Source: a virus (lineage: Duplodnaviria > Caudoviricetes). From it: a stretch of DNA of 56,705 nt. Location of the stretch: IMG/VR virus record IMGVR_UViG_3300035162_003548, positions 1 through 56,705 of that record. The stretch is one strand, 5' to 3'. This document shows positions 8,634 to 17,887 of the stretch, piece after piece. The stretch's first letter is position 1. Each line of letters begins with the position of its first letter. The notes under the pieces were generated by a model, which did no database searches, was not told where the DNA came from, and worked only from the letters and a program-made list of their open reading frames with translations. Both the position numbers and the translations under genes were made by a program.

Positions 8634-8788
8634 TTGTTTATGATGATTGTATACCACTCTTCACTCATACCAGAGATAATCTGATCCGCAGACTCTTGAT
8701 TCTGGGCATAACCCTCTTGAATTAAATGATCAACGACTAAATTATATTTTTCCAGAGCTTCTCTGGTTTCTCTAGGTGTTTGTTTCAT
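8630..8788 (-). CDS. 52-aa protein carrying a cyanophage-type L-x-x-EGYA...MSEEW motif
   Basis: Not in the track. MKQTPRETREALEKYNLVVDHLIQEGYAQNQESADQIISGMSEEWYTIIINK*; preceded by a late-promoter motif. Confidence 0.7.
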   Translation of the reverse strand: MKQTPRETREALEKYNLVVDHLIQEGYAQNQESADQIISGMSEEWYTIIINK

Positions 8789-8807
8789 TTTGGTTAATTT
8801 ATCCTTA

Positions 8808-8818
8808 TATTTATTTAG
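8808..8818 (-). promoter_or_regulatory. Late promoter (overlapping CTAAATA/ATAAATA) just after the gp23 terminator
   Basis: Minus strand CTAAATAAATA 20-30 nt upstream of ATG 8788. Confidence 0.55.
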
Positions 8819-8820
8819 AT

Positions 8821-8850
8821 AAAAAAAAGACCCCCTTTTGGGGGGTCTTG
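8821..8850 (-). terminator. Rho-independent terminator after gp23
   Basis: Minus strand AAGACCCCCC-AAAA-GGGGGTC hairpin followed by a run of T residues. Confidence 0.9.
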
Positions 8851-8878
8851 CACTTCCTTCACACGAAAGGAAATTATA

Positions 8879-10297
8879 TCACATGAGGTTCTTAACAGCA
8901 ACACGTCTGTAGTAGCGGTTCTGGTTAACGTGCAGAGCACCTTGACCTTGGTTGGTTCCTTCAGCAAATGGGTTTGCGACCATGCCGTAGCGGGTCTTAA
9001 ATCCAATTTTTGGTTGGAAGGAGTTCTCACCAACGGCGCGAACCATTTGGAGAGGAACATAAGGACAATAGAACAGTCCAGCGTCATAAGGTGAAATACC
9101 TTTATAACCAACAACATAGTACTGGTTGCCTGGAGTTCCGTTAGCAGAAGTCAGGTTTGCAGCATATGGGTCGATGTAGACGCGGAATTTGCCCATCAGG
9201 GTTCCAGCGAATGTACTACCGGTGTCATCAACGTTAAGGTTAGCGTTGAGTGCAGGGGTGTAATCGAGCACACCAGCCATGGTCAGTGCAGACGCTACGT
9301 CAGCAGAACACATGATGATGTTGCCCTTCCCGCGACGAGTTCTTTGTGCGATTGCGTTGGCATCGCGCTCGATTTGGAACAGAAGACCTTTGAACTTCTC
9401 AACGCTCCAGCGACCGTTGGAGTCAACGTCAAGGTCGAAGATACCAGCAGAAGCAACATTCTGTGCTGCGCCTTGTTCAGCGACCTTGTAGATCGTTCTG
9501 ATGACTTCTCTGTTGATTTCCGCAAGGATTTCAGTGGAGAGAATGTTAGCAAGTTCTGCTTCGGCATTCAAACCATGAATTGCCTTAAGGTCTTGTGCCA
9601 GTTCTAAACTGTACTCAGCCTTCAGGGCGCGTGACTTAGCAGTAACAGTGACTTTCTCGATCGAGAATGCCATCTGATTGAAAGCATTGTTGCCAGTGCC
9701 ATCAAGTGATTCTGCTTCATCGGTACGCATACCTTGACCAACTCTGTATCCAATGGAGGATGCAGAACCAACTGGGTTCAGGACCGCAGGATTGGTCTCT
9801 CGTGTTGCAGTAGTACCCATACCAGCGGTTCCATCAGAGAAACCTGTTTCGGAGTTGGATGCTTTGTCACGACCAGAGAATGCCGAATCAACTTCGTTGT
9901 AGAATGATTCGCTGCCCGACTGATTGGTATAACGTGAACGCATCGCGAAGATGAGTCCAGTAGGACCAGACATTGGCTGAACGCCAGCAAGGTCATATGC
10001 GACCAAGTTAGGCATTGAGCGTCTGATCAGAGAGATCAGAACGGGGTCGAAACCGGCAACAGGGCCAGTTCCAGTAGCAGCACCAGAATATGCCTGAGGG
10101 TTGCCACCAGAGTTGGTGGGTTGCTCAGTCAGGAGAGATCCTGATTCTGCAAAAGAGTTTTGCTCTCTTAAAAATTTTTCTTGGTTCTCAAGCAGGGTAG
10201 CGGTTACAGCTCTCTTATGTGAATCTTGGATTGTATCAAGACCCTCATAATTGAGGAGAGGTGCCCACTTTTCCTGCAACTGTTCGGAATTGAACAT
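8879..10297 (-). CDS. gp23: Major capsid protein
   Basis: LQEKWAPLL, GFDPVLISLIRRSMPNL, GVQPMSGPTGLIFAMRSRY, KSRALKAEYSLELAQDLKAIHGL, YCPYVPL, PKIGFKTRYG. Confidence 0.99.
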   Translation of the reverse strand: MFNSEQLQEKWAPLLNYEGLDTIQDSHKRAVTATLLENQEKFLREQNSFAESGSLLTEQPTNSGGNPQAYSGAATGTGPVAGFDPVLISLIRRSMPNLVAYDLAGVQPMSGPTGLIFAMRSRYTNQSGSESFYNEVDSAFSGRDKASNSETGFSDGTAGMGTTATRETNPAVLNPVGSASSIGYRVGQGMRTDEAESLDGTGNNAFNQMAFSIEKVTVTAKSRALKAEYSLELAQDLKAIHGLNAEAELANILSTEILAEINREVIRTIYKVAEQGAAQNVASAGIFDLDVDSNGRWSVEKFKGLLFQIERDANAIAQRTRRGKGNIIMCSADVASALTMAGVLDYTPALNANLNVDDTGSTFAGTLMGKFRVYIDPYAANLTSANGTPGNQYYVVGYKGISPYDAGLFYCPYVPLQMVRAVGENSFQPKIGFKTRYGMVANPFAEGTNQGQGALHVNQNRYYRRVAVKNLM

Positions 10298-10349
10298 TTG
10301 CTTTTTACCTAGTTTAAATGTTTACGGTTTGATTTAATATTAAATTCAG

Positions 10350-11486
10350 TTATTTGCTAAATGATGAAAGAGTTCTCAGGTATGCAGACATCGAACCATT
10401 TATTGATTCGGGTGAACTGTCAACACCTTCAGAAATATTCTCTCTTTTAGCTGATGGAGAAGTTCCTTTTGAGGGGAAATAAGATTCCTTCAATGTCTCC
10501 AACTTTTCACGATAAGATTCTTCACTTTCAAACTCCACACTTTCGGCAAGTGAGGCGAGCTTCTCTTTCTGAGTCTGTGCAAGACCATCAGAGACCTGAT
10601 CCACGATTCCATCAGCAACCGACTCTGCGAGACGCTTGTTTAGTGAAACGTTTTTCTCAATCTGCTCGTTGAGTTTTGTTTCCATGTCATCTAGTTTTTC
10701 TACCATGCTCTCAAGCACATCATATTTTTCTTCAGGGATAGTTACATAATGTTCTTCAAAGAGACCCTTCATTCCTGAAAGGAATGATTCGGTCATTTCA
10801 GACTTGAGTCCTGCTTCAACTGCGAGTTGGTTCTCAGTGAACCACTCTTCAGCTACATACTCAAGATAAGAATCGACACGCTCGTTTAATTCTTTTTTAA
10901 TATCCTCTACTTCTTCAGCAAGGACTTGAGAATAACGTGCTTCAAGAGATTCTTTGACTTCAGCAACCTTGGATTTGATTGCTGCTTCAAAGATAGTTTT
11001 TGCTTTTTCTTGAAACTCTTCAGAAAGTTCTTCACCTTCTAAAAGAGCATTGACATCTTCTTCGATATCAATTTCAGCAACAACTTCCTCTTCAACAACT
11101 TCCTCTTCAACCACATCTTCTTCAGAAGTTTCTTGTTCAGCAACTACTTCGTTAGTGGTATCTTGATCTTCTTCGACAACAGATTCGGTATCAAGTTCTT
11201 CTTCTTCTTTCATACCTTTAGCTGCTTCAGCAGGTTTAGCACCCTTGTTTACAACATCCTTAACTTGCTTAAGGGTTGTTCCCGGAGTGTTCAGTTTTGC
11301 TGAATCATCATCTGGTTTGTAGTTCTCGGGGGTAGGCCCACCGAGATCTTCATAACCTACTGATTGGCCATCAGGAACATTACCTGACAATCCCTTCATA
11401 GGATCCGCTGTGCCCCCTTTGGCATTTACAGCGGTTTTGGATTGCGTTGTGCCTACTTCCATTTCTTGTAAATCTCCACGAGACAT
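10350..11486 (-). CDS. gp22: Prohead core scaffold protein
   Basis: Acidic coiled coil, LSEEFQEKAKTIFEAA, VDSYLEYVAEEW; located between gp21 and gp23. Confidence 0.95.
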   Translation of the reverse strand: MSRGDLQEMEVGTTQSKTAVNAKGGTADPMKGLSGNVPDGQSVGYEDLGGPTPENYKPDDDSAKLNTPGTTLKQVKDVVNKGAKPAEAAKGMKEEEELDTESVVEEDQDTTNEVVAEQETSEEDVVEEEVVEEEVVAEIDIEEDVNALLEGEELSEEFQEKAKTIFEAAIKSKVAEVKESLEARYSQVLAEEVEDIKKELNERVDSYLEYVAEEWFTENQLAVEAGLKSEMTESFLSGMKGLFEEHYVTIPEEKYDVLESMVEKLDDMETKLNEQIEKNVSLNKRLAESVADGIVDQVSDGLAQTQKEKLASLAESVEFESEESYREKLETLKESYFPSKGTSPSAKRENISEGVDSSPESINGSMSAYLRTLSSFSK

Positions 11487-11526
11487 GTGAACTACTCCGA
11501 ACCTTTGTGCGAATTTAATCTATATT

Positions 11527-11534
11527 TATTTATA
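11527..11534 (-). promoter_or_regulatory. T4-type late promoter TATAAATA for gp22/gp23
   Basis: Exact TATAAATA on the minus strand in the gp21-gp22 gap. Confidence 0.8.
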
Positions 11535-11544
11535 AATTATTAAA

Positions 11545-12195
11545 TTACAATGAATTTAAAAAATTATTGAATAAATTTAATTTATGTTCATCCAAACTTC
11601 TTTGATGAACTAGGGTGTTTATTTTTTTCTTAGTGTTTTCCGCGAGTTCCTCACGAAGAATACCACCATCCCAAACCCATTCTTTACCTTCCATAATTCC
11701 CTGAACAAATGCATCAGGTGCAGATGGATCAGCAACAATATCAGCAGCAGTTGCTAACATGAAATCTTCTCCAACTTCCATCACCCCATTTTTGTTCTGA
11801 GAAATTGAACCGATTCCACGGGAAGATACTCCAAGAGTAACTCCTTCCTTTAAAAGGGACTCTGCAATCTTACCCATTGGTGTAGAAAGAATTTGTGCTT
11901 TTCCAATAAAATTATTGCCTTCTTGCTTAAGAGAAACAATTTTATGAGAAACTCTATCCAGGTTGACTGTTGGGCCATCAGGGTGACCTAACTCGCCAAG
12001 AGCACGACCTTTATTGATATAACTTTCAGCATATCTTGCAACCTCTTTTTGCATCGTCGGAAGACGATACATTCTTTGATTGCGATTTACTTTTTCAGTC
12101 TGAAGAAAAGGTCCCTGAATATAAAGATTCTTCTTACCATTTTTTTCTTCAATAATAACTTTTACTGCTTCAATGTCTTCTCTAATGAGTTTCAT
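11545..12195 (-). CDS. gp21: Prohead protease
   Basis: NRNQRMY, ALGELGHP, LGVSSRGIGS, DIVADPSAPDAFV. Confidence 0.97.
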   Translation of the reverse strand: MKLIREDIEAVKVIIEEKNGKKNLYIQGPFLQTEKVNRNQRMYRLPTMQKEVARYAESYINKGRALGELGHPDGPTVNLDRVSHKIVSLKQEGNNFIGKAQILSTPMGKIAESLLKEGVTLGVSSRGIGSISQNKNGVMEVGEDFMLATAADIVADPSAPDAFVQGIMEGKEWVWDGGILREELAENTKKKINTLVHQRSLDEHKLNLFNNFLNSL

Positions 12196-12776
12196 TATGC
12201 TTGCCCCGATTGTTGTACTTGTTGGATATGAAGAACTCCACTACCGCCATCTGGGTCAAAAGCACTGACTTTTAAAGTATTAACCAGACTTGCACTGCCA
12301 GTAAAATTGGTGATTATACCGGAAGTATTAGCATTGAGAGTCAATCTAGTAACAAAATAATTATCATCCGATAACCTTGCACTATCAACACTTAATACTG
12401 AAACATCATTGATAAGTGTTGCATAATTGGAATCTGCTGTAGTTCCACTTATAACAAGACTTACATGATCACCAACACCAAAGGGCATTTGAGTTCCTTC
12501 AGGAGCCGTAACAAGAGTTGTTGCTCCCGTAGTAATACCAGCAACTATTTGCGATGCTCTTGTCATTGCAAGAGTTGCAGTACCACCACTGGGAATATAA
12601 TAATCCGCAGCAGATACATTAGTCTGAGCAGTTGGTGAAGTATTAATTGCAACATTAGCACCAGTGCCTTTGGCAACTAATCTGATTACATTACTTTGAA
12701 CAGTAAATGCAGATGAGGTGCTTGCAGCTCCAGATAAGGATATAGTTTGTGCAAGTCCAACGGGTCTATGTGCCAT
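12195..12776 (-). CDS. Conserved beta-rich virion protein
   Basis: Ser/Thr/Gly-rich protein in the head cluster with its own late promoter; TAATG-coupled to gp21. Confidence 0.7.
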   Translation of the reverse strand: MAHRPVGLAQTISLSGAASTSSAFTVQSNVIRLVAKGTGANVAINTSPTAQTNVSAADYYIPSGGTATLAMTRASQIVAGITTGATTLVTAPEGTQMPFGVGDHVSLVISGTTADSNYATLINDVSVLSVDSARLSDDNYFVTRLTLNANTSGIITNFTGSASLVNTLKVSAFDPDGGSGVLHIQQVQQSGQA

Positions 12777-12797
12777 TATCGTCTAATCATTTATTTT

Positions 12798-12805
12798 TAT
12801 TTATA
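12798..12805 (-). promoter_or_regulatory. Late promoter TATAAATA
   Basis: Exact motif about 20 nt upstream of ATG 12776. Confidence 0.75.
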
Positions 12806-12808
12806 AAA

Positions 12809-12985
12809 TTACTCTTCAGTAGCAACTTCATCACTACCATTTCCAGCGTCAAACATCGAAAGAGCAACTTCGGGTCTGTGATTGTCAACTTTTCCAGAAG
12901 CTTTATTAAAGAGAATTTCTTTAACTTTATCACTAATGTCAGAGGGTGACTCATCAGCAACAATCATATCCATTAAATCATCCAT
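12809..12985 (-). CDS. Small acidic prohead-core-like protein at the gp67/gp68 position
   Basis: Not in the track. MDDLMDMIVADESPSDISDKVKEILFNKASGKVDNHRPEVALSMFDAGNGSDEVATEE* (58 aa), between gp20 and gp21, with a late promoter upstream. Confidence 0.75.
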   Translation of the reverse strand: MDDLMDMIVADESPSDISDKVKEILFNKASGKVDNHRPEVALSMFDAGNGSDEVATEE

Positions 12986-13018
12986 GAAAAATATGTTATA
13001 AGAGTAACATTCAGATAG

Positions 13019-13026
13019 TATTTATA
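13019..13026 (-). promoter_or_regulatory. Late promoter TATAAATA
   Basis: Exact motif upstream of ATG 12985. Confidence 0.75.
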
Positions 13027-13031
13027 CACGA

Positions 13032-13247
13032 TTAAAGTTTTCCACTCACAATACCATCACCAACAACTCTAGTATACTTGTCGAGAGTTCCATCTTGGAG
13101 ACATTTAAGATGCCACCGTGTCATTAGTAATACGTTTTCTCGTTCTAATCCATAAAGAAAATCTTTACCATCTTTCATTACACTTTTCCACATTGCAAAA
13201 CTTTTTTCCATATAAAAAGCATCGTCAATTAATTCTTTATCATTCAA
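13032..13247 (-). CDS. Hypothetical protein
   Basis: 71-aa ORF with TTG start immediately after gp20. Confidence 0.6.
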   Translation of the reverse strand: MNDKELIDDAFYMEKSFAMWKSVMKDGKDFLYGLERENVLLMTRWHLKCLQDGTLDKYTRVVGDGIVSGKL

Positions 13248-13248
13248 A

Positions 13249-14904
13249 TTAAATTTCCCCTCCTTTAGGTAATTCTGGTGCTTCTGTTGATTGTGCCTGT
13301 GCCTCTAGATCTGGTTCCATTATTGGTTGCCCTAAATCAGTTGGTTCTCCAGTACTGGGATCAACTTGCATTAATGCAGGATCTGGAATAGTACCATCTT
13401 TAATTTCTTTTTTAATAAGTTTATCTTGTTCAATAATTTCTTGATCTGTTTGACGAAGAATCTTACGTCTCACATAATCTTGAGAAAAATATTTGCCAAT
13501 ATATGGTTCTGCAGTTTGAAGACTACCAAGTCTCTCATTCAATAATTCAGATTCTTTAAGTTCTGAGAAGTGATTATCATAGAGGAAGTCATACTGGATA
13601 TGCTCACTCATTACTTCCCAATCTTCAGGAGTAATCACATTCTTTAGAATCAATTGAGTCTTCAGCATGTCATTAAACATGTTAGAAAATCTCTTTCTTA
13701 AACGACCAACAAACTTGGTAAATTTGAGTTCGTCTCTCAAGATCTCAGAAGATCTCCCCAAGTTAAACCCACCTTCTCCATCCATTCGTGATGGAGGGAC
13801 GTTAAGTGAACTGTAGAGTTTCTTTTTAAAATACTCAATATCAGTGATTTCACCCAAGTTTTGTCCGCCAGGAAGAGTGGTGATTTCGGTTCCTCTTCCA
13901 CCCTCACGCCTGGGAAGCCAGAAGTCTTCGAGCATTGCCATGTGCTTTTTATCATCACGAATTTCTCCAGTTTGTGCATCATAGACGAGTTTGTTGCGAT
14001 AACGCATCATTACGTCTCTTAAATATTGTTCTGCTTTGACTTTTGGAAGATTACCAACGTCAATATAGAAAATTCTACGTTCAGGAGCACGAGATAATCT
14101 ATAGATTACCAATGAGTCCTCAATCATACGAAGTTGATTGATAGATTTGATTGCTTTATGAAGATATGAAAGGACTGTTCCTTTGTTACGATCTACAAGA
14201 CCAGATGTACAATATGTAATTGCGTCTTTAGCAATTTTAATTCCCTGAGTTCCATCAGTGGCATTCATGTTCCCTGTCGGATATGACATTTTGGGATTGT
14301 AAATATAATATTCATCAATCTCTGGGAACTGATATGACATTGGATCTTCATTCAATTTAAAAACTGAAGGTCTTTGTTCATTTGGATCCTTCCTTTTCTG
14401 CATTCTAATGTGACGCATTTTCATTGCATCAATATAACGCAACTCTTGAATTCCCTCCTCAGGTTTTTTAAAGTCAATTACCTTATGATAGTAAATGCGA
14501 CCATCAACATACCAATTTCTGTAGATTTCATATGCCTTTTTATCAAAATCCAATAAATCTAAAATATATTTAAATTCTTTACGAATATTATTTTTAATAC
14601 CATCACTGGCATTTAAATTATCTAAATCAATTTCAATGGGACTATCGTTAGCATCAGATACAATAGCTTCATTGACTATATCTTCAATAGCACTGTCCGT
14701 TTCTGGATGGAGTGCCATCTCTCGATATCTTTTTATTAAATCAAATTCAGTTTTATAAACACCTTCAATATCAACATGAGTACCAAAAAAACCACTACTC
14801 ATGTAGTGAGATACCCCGTCCTCATTGTTAGGAGCAACGGGGGAAACTGCACTTGGAGATAGTGGTTCGGTGTCCTCAATAGAGAACCCAAATAACTTTG
14901 ACAT
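13249..14904 (-). CDS. gp20: Portal vertex protein
   Basis: YREMALHPE, WYVDGR, IEDSLVIYRLSRAPERRIFYIDVGNLPK, EDFWLPRREGGRGTEITTLPGGQNL. Confidence 0.99.
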   Translation of the reverse strand: MSKLFGFSIEDTEPLSPSAVSPVAPNNEDGVSHYMSSGFFGTHVDIEGVYKTEFDLIKRYREMALHPETDSAIEDIVNEAIVSDANDSPIEIDLDNLNASDGIKNNIRKEFKYILDLLDFDKKAYEIYRNWYVDGRIYYHKVIDFKKPEEGIQELRYIDAMKMRHIRMQKRKDPNEQRPSVFKLNEDPMSYQFPEIDEYYIYNPKMSYPTGNMNATDGTQGIKIAKDAITYCTSGLVDRNKGTVLSYLHKAIKSINQLRMIEDSLVIYRLSRAPERRIFYIDVGNLPKVKAEQYLRDVMMRYRNKLVYDAQTGEIRDDKKHMAMLEDFWLPRREGGRGTEITTLPGGQNLGEITDIEYFKKKLYSSLNVPPSRMDGEGGFNLGRSSEILRDELKFTKFVGRLRKRFSNMFNDMLKTQLILKNVITPEDWEVMSEHIQYDFLYDNHFSELKESELLNERLGSLQTAEPYIGKYFSQDYVRRKILRQTDQEIIEQDKLIKKEIKDGTIPDPALMQVDPSTGEPTDLGQPIMEPDLEAQAQSTEAPELPKGGEI

Positions 14905-14925
14905 GATTAATGGCTAACTTTTATC

Positions 14926-14932
14926 TATTTAT
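14926..14932 (-). promoter_or_regulatory. Late promoter ATAAATA for gp20
   Basis: Motif at the gp19 stop, about 20 nt upstream of the gp20 start. Confidence 0.6.
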
Positions 14933-15522
14933 TAACCATTAGGACCGCCAGCTTTTGAAAGAGTGAACGATTGAACTTGGAAAGTTACAGTAAACTCTTC
15001 AAGAGTATCAGAACTATCATATGAAAGATCGATTTGAGATACTTCTGTTGGGAAGATATCAATGAATTCATACTCTGCAAGGACTACGTTTGAGTCTCCT
15101 GCATTATTTCTACTAGAAGCAGTAGAACCTCTACCTAATTGGAATACAGACGCATTAGTCATGTATGATTCTGGAAGAGTAGCGCCAAGATTGTTATCCA
15201 ATTTGGCGATCTGATCCATCCAAGCTTCCATTGCTGTTCTGAGTGCGAATGCCTCATCATTAATAATAGTAATGGTCCAGGTATCAATTGTCCTGTCACC
15301 AGCTACTTTAAATATACGTCCTCTGAAAGGAACGTCAATATTAGCAATATTAGATGCAGGTAAAGCAGCTGCCTTACACATAAATCTAAAATTGTCAGCA
15401 TCCCAAGGGATTCCTCCCGGTAATGTTGTAAGTTCTACTTCAAATAGATTGGGGCGGGCACCGCCCCCAATGAGTGCAGATTTGAACTGAGAAATAGTTT
15501 TGTTCTCTCTAGATGTTGCCAT
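14932..15522 (-). CDS. gp19: Tail tube protein
   Basis: GGARPNLFEV, CKAAALPAS, VPFRGRIFKVAGDRT, FPTEVSQIDLSYD. Confidence 0.97.
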   Translation of the reverse strand: MATSRENKTISQFKSALIGGGARPNLFEVELTTLPGGIPWDADNFRFMCKAAALPASNIANIDVPFRGRIFKVAGDRTIDTWTITIINDEAFALRTAMEAWMDQIAKLDNNLGATLPESYMTNASVFQLGRGSTASSRNNAGDSNVVLAEYEFIDIFPTEVSQIDLSYDSSDTLEEFTVTFQVQSFTLSKAGGPNG

Positions 15523-15557
15523 TTTTTAAATCCTCCTTTTTTATTTAGATAATGTTA

Positions 15558-17810
15558 TCAAACTCTGCCTGCTACTTCTTCAAAACTAACGCCTGTGCGT
15601 GTAGCGACGAAGGTAAGCGTGACATAATTAATAGATTTCGCTGGTTTCAGGAAGATATCTGCCCTGAATTCATTATTATCGATAACATCTGGAGTGTTGT
15701 TTGTAGTATCGCAAATAACAAGGAATCCGTAAATTCCCCTCTTTGCTTCAACATCTCTCAAGAATGGTTCAACAATATTTCTAAAGTTTGCTCTTGTTAA
15801 CTCATCGTTGAGTTCAAAGAGTTGTGATTCAGCAGCACCTTCAAGTGCTTGTTCAATTGTTAGGAACAAACGACGTACATTGATTCGATCAAATGCTGAT
15901 GCAAAACCAAGTGCAGTTTTATCACCAAAGAGAAGTGTTCCTATACCTGGTTTGGTAATGATGGAATTAACTCTTGCAGTGTACAACCTATCTCTTTGAG
16001 CCTTAGTTGGATTGTATGAAAGTTTAACTACATTATTAAGAACACCTCTTTGCTGTCCTGCAGGTGAGAACCAAGGATATGCATTGATTCCTGTCCTAAC
16101 CATCAGACCAGCAACGTCACCATTAGTTGGGACATAGCGGAATTCATTATTGAATCTGTCATACTTGTAAGCATATCCAGAATCAAAAGTTGAATATGAT
16201 GAAGAACTCAATGAAGAGTAATACTGAAGTAGATTATCAGTTTGAGTTTCTGTATTAGTAACACCAATCAGATCAGTTCTGTGAGGTCCAATTGTTGCCA
16301 TACAATCTTTTCTCAGTTCTGCAATAGAAGTGAGATGATTTGCTTTTGCTTGTGAAAGATCTCTAGAACCCAATCCAGGGCCCATGATTAGATAATCAAC
16401 TTCAATCTCATCTTTATTCTTAAAGAGTTCGTATGAAGTTTTAAGATCTCCAAGAGTTGCGGTCATTCCGCCATTTGAACCTCTTGCGGGAACTCCAGCA
16501 CTATAGTCTTCACCACCACCAAGAGAATATGAAACGTTTCCAAGAGCAGAGAACACAGTATTCTGTGCGCTTTGTCCCCAAAGACCCTCACCAGTCGTAT
16601 ATGGTGTGAATGAAGTTGAGAATCCTGTTGCTCTAGGTTGAACAAGTGTCCCATCAATGGTTGTATGATAAGCATCTACAGTTGCAGATGGATTATATCC
16701 CGCATACAGATTTGTTGAGAAATCTGCAATATAATTTTTATAGTAATCTTTCTGTGGAGAATTTACTGAAGAAATAGAATCTTCTGACTTAGAAAGAGAA
16801 AGATGCTTTTCAAGCACATTTCCTTCAATTCCAGAAACAACACCATAGTCATCAATAACTACAACGTGAATCGCATCATTCTCACCTTGTCTATTCAAAG
16901 TGTAACGATTAGTTATTGGTTTTGGTGCAATTGAACTCCAATAAAGCGTAGAATTCTCTAGATTTAAAGTTTGCTCATTATACCAGTCTGTAACACTATC
17001 GGGAGTGTAAGTATCAACTGTTGCAGCTAATCCGGTATTAATGCCAGCATTGTTAACGAACATCAGACCATTTGTGGTGACAAATGATGCCTCAGGTGCT
17101 TTTTCTTTATAATCAATTCTAGTTTCTGTTCCAGTATCTGTTGATGCTCCAGATACTCTGGCAACAATTTTAACATCAATTGTACTGGCAGAATTTACGG
17201 TATCTGTTGAGACGCCAGTAATAATTCCTTTAAGGAAACCTGTGAAAGGAGTCGTTGTTCCAGCACCAGGAAGAACAACCTCTGAAAGTTGTGCAGTAAC
17301 ACCGTACCCAATAAGAGCACCGGCATTTGCTAAGTTGTTTGTATTAATACCAATTCTTTGATCGGCAAGATCATCAATTTGACAAACTTTTAATGAGTTT
17401 GCCCATGATCCTGGATTTTTGGCAGCATAATAGAAATCCGTAGCAGATGTATAATTCTGCTGATAATCATCATAACTTTTAATTTTCAACACTGATGTGC
17501 TAGCAACGCCAACTCCGGCATTTGCATTATTCAAGTTTGTTCCATCAGTTCTAACAACTTTCAGGACTCCACCATATGAAAGAAAGGATGATGCACTCAT
17601 CCAATATTCATATTGCGAATCAGTTGAAAGGGGTTTTCCAAATGTACTAATGAGGTCTGTCTCATTAGTCACTTCAATTGGATCGTCAACAGGTCCGATT
17701 CTAAAAGGACCAGCAATAGCTCCAATGTTATCAATTACATTATCAGCTCTTCCTACTGTTAAGTCAACCTCTCTGATTCTTACTCCAGGAGATAATTGAG
17801 GAGTCGCCAT
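15558..17810 (-). CDS. gp18: Contractile tail sheath protein
   Basis: LSPGVRIREVDLT, PWFSPAG, LFGDKT, SAFDRINVRRLF, KPAKSINYVTLTFVATRTGVSF. Confidence 0.98.
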   Translation of the reverse strand: MATPQLSPGVRIREVDLTVGRADNVIDNIGAIAGPFRIGPVDDPIEVTNETDLISTFGKPLSTDSQYEYWMSASSFLSYGGVLKVVRTDGTNLNNANAGVGVASTSVLKIKSYDDYQQNYTSATDFYYAAKNPGSWANSLKVCQIDDLADQRIGINTNNLANAGALIGYGVTAQLSEVVLPGAGTTTPFTGFLKGIITGVSTDTVNSASTIDVKIVARVSGASTDTGTETRIDYKEKAPEASFVTTNGLMFVNNAGINTGLAATVDTYTPDSVTDWYNEQTLNLENSTLYWSSIAPKPITNRYTLNRQGENDAIHVVVIDDYGVVSGIEGNVLEKHLSLSKSEDSISSVNSPQKDYYKNYIADFSTNLYAGYNPSATVDAYHTTIDGTLVQPRATGFSTSFTPYTTGEGLWGQSAQNTVFSALGNVSYSLGGGEDYSAGVPARGSNGGMTATLGDLKTSYELFKNKDEIEVDYLIMGPGLGSRDLSQAKANHLTSIAELRKDCMATIGPHRTDLIGVTNTETQTDNLLQYYSSLSSSSYSTFDSGYAYKYDRFNNEFRYVPTNGDVAGLMVRTGINAYPWFSPAGQQRGVLNNVVKLSYNPTKAQRDRLYTARVNSIITKPGIGTLLFGDKTALGFASAFDRINVRRLFLTIEQALEGAAESQLFELNDELTRANFRNIVEPFLRDVEAKRGIYGFLVICDTTNNTPDVIDNNEFRADIFLKPAKSINYVTLTFVATRTGVSFEEVAGRV

Positions 17811-17843
17811 GTTTTTCTCCGTGATGCTCAGTTTATCTGAAAA

Positions 17844-17850
17844 TATTTAT
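17844..17850 (-). promoter_or_regulatory. Late promoter ATAAATA for gp18
   Basis: TAATAAATA upstream of the gp18 RBS (GGAG). Confidence 0.6.
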
Positions 17851-17887
17851 TAAAAAGTTACTTTTCACAGGGGAAACTTGACGTGAA

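Noticed and set aside
8815-9117. Alternate-frame ORF overlapping the gp23 C terminus, a possible frameshifted capsid extension as in T7 10B
   Set aside because: No convincing slippery heptamer seen; it would add few residues and runs into the terminator
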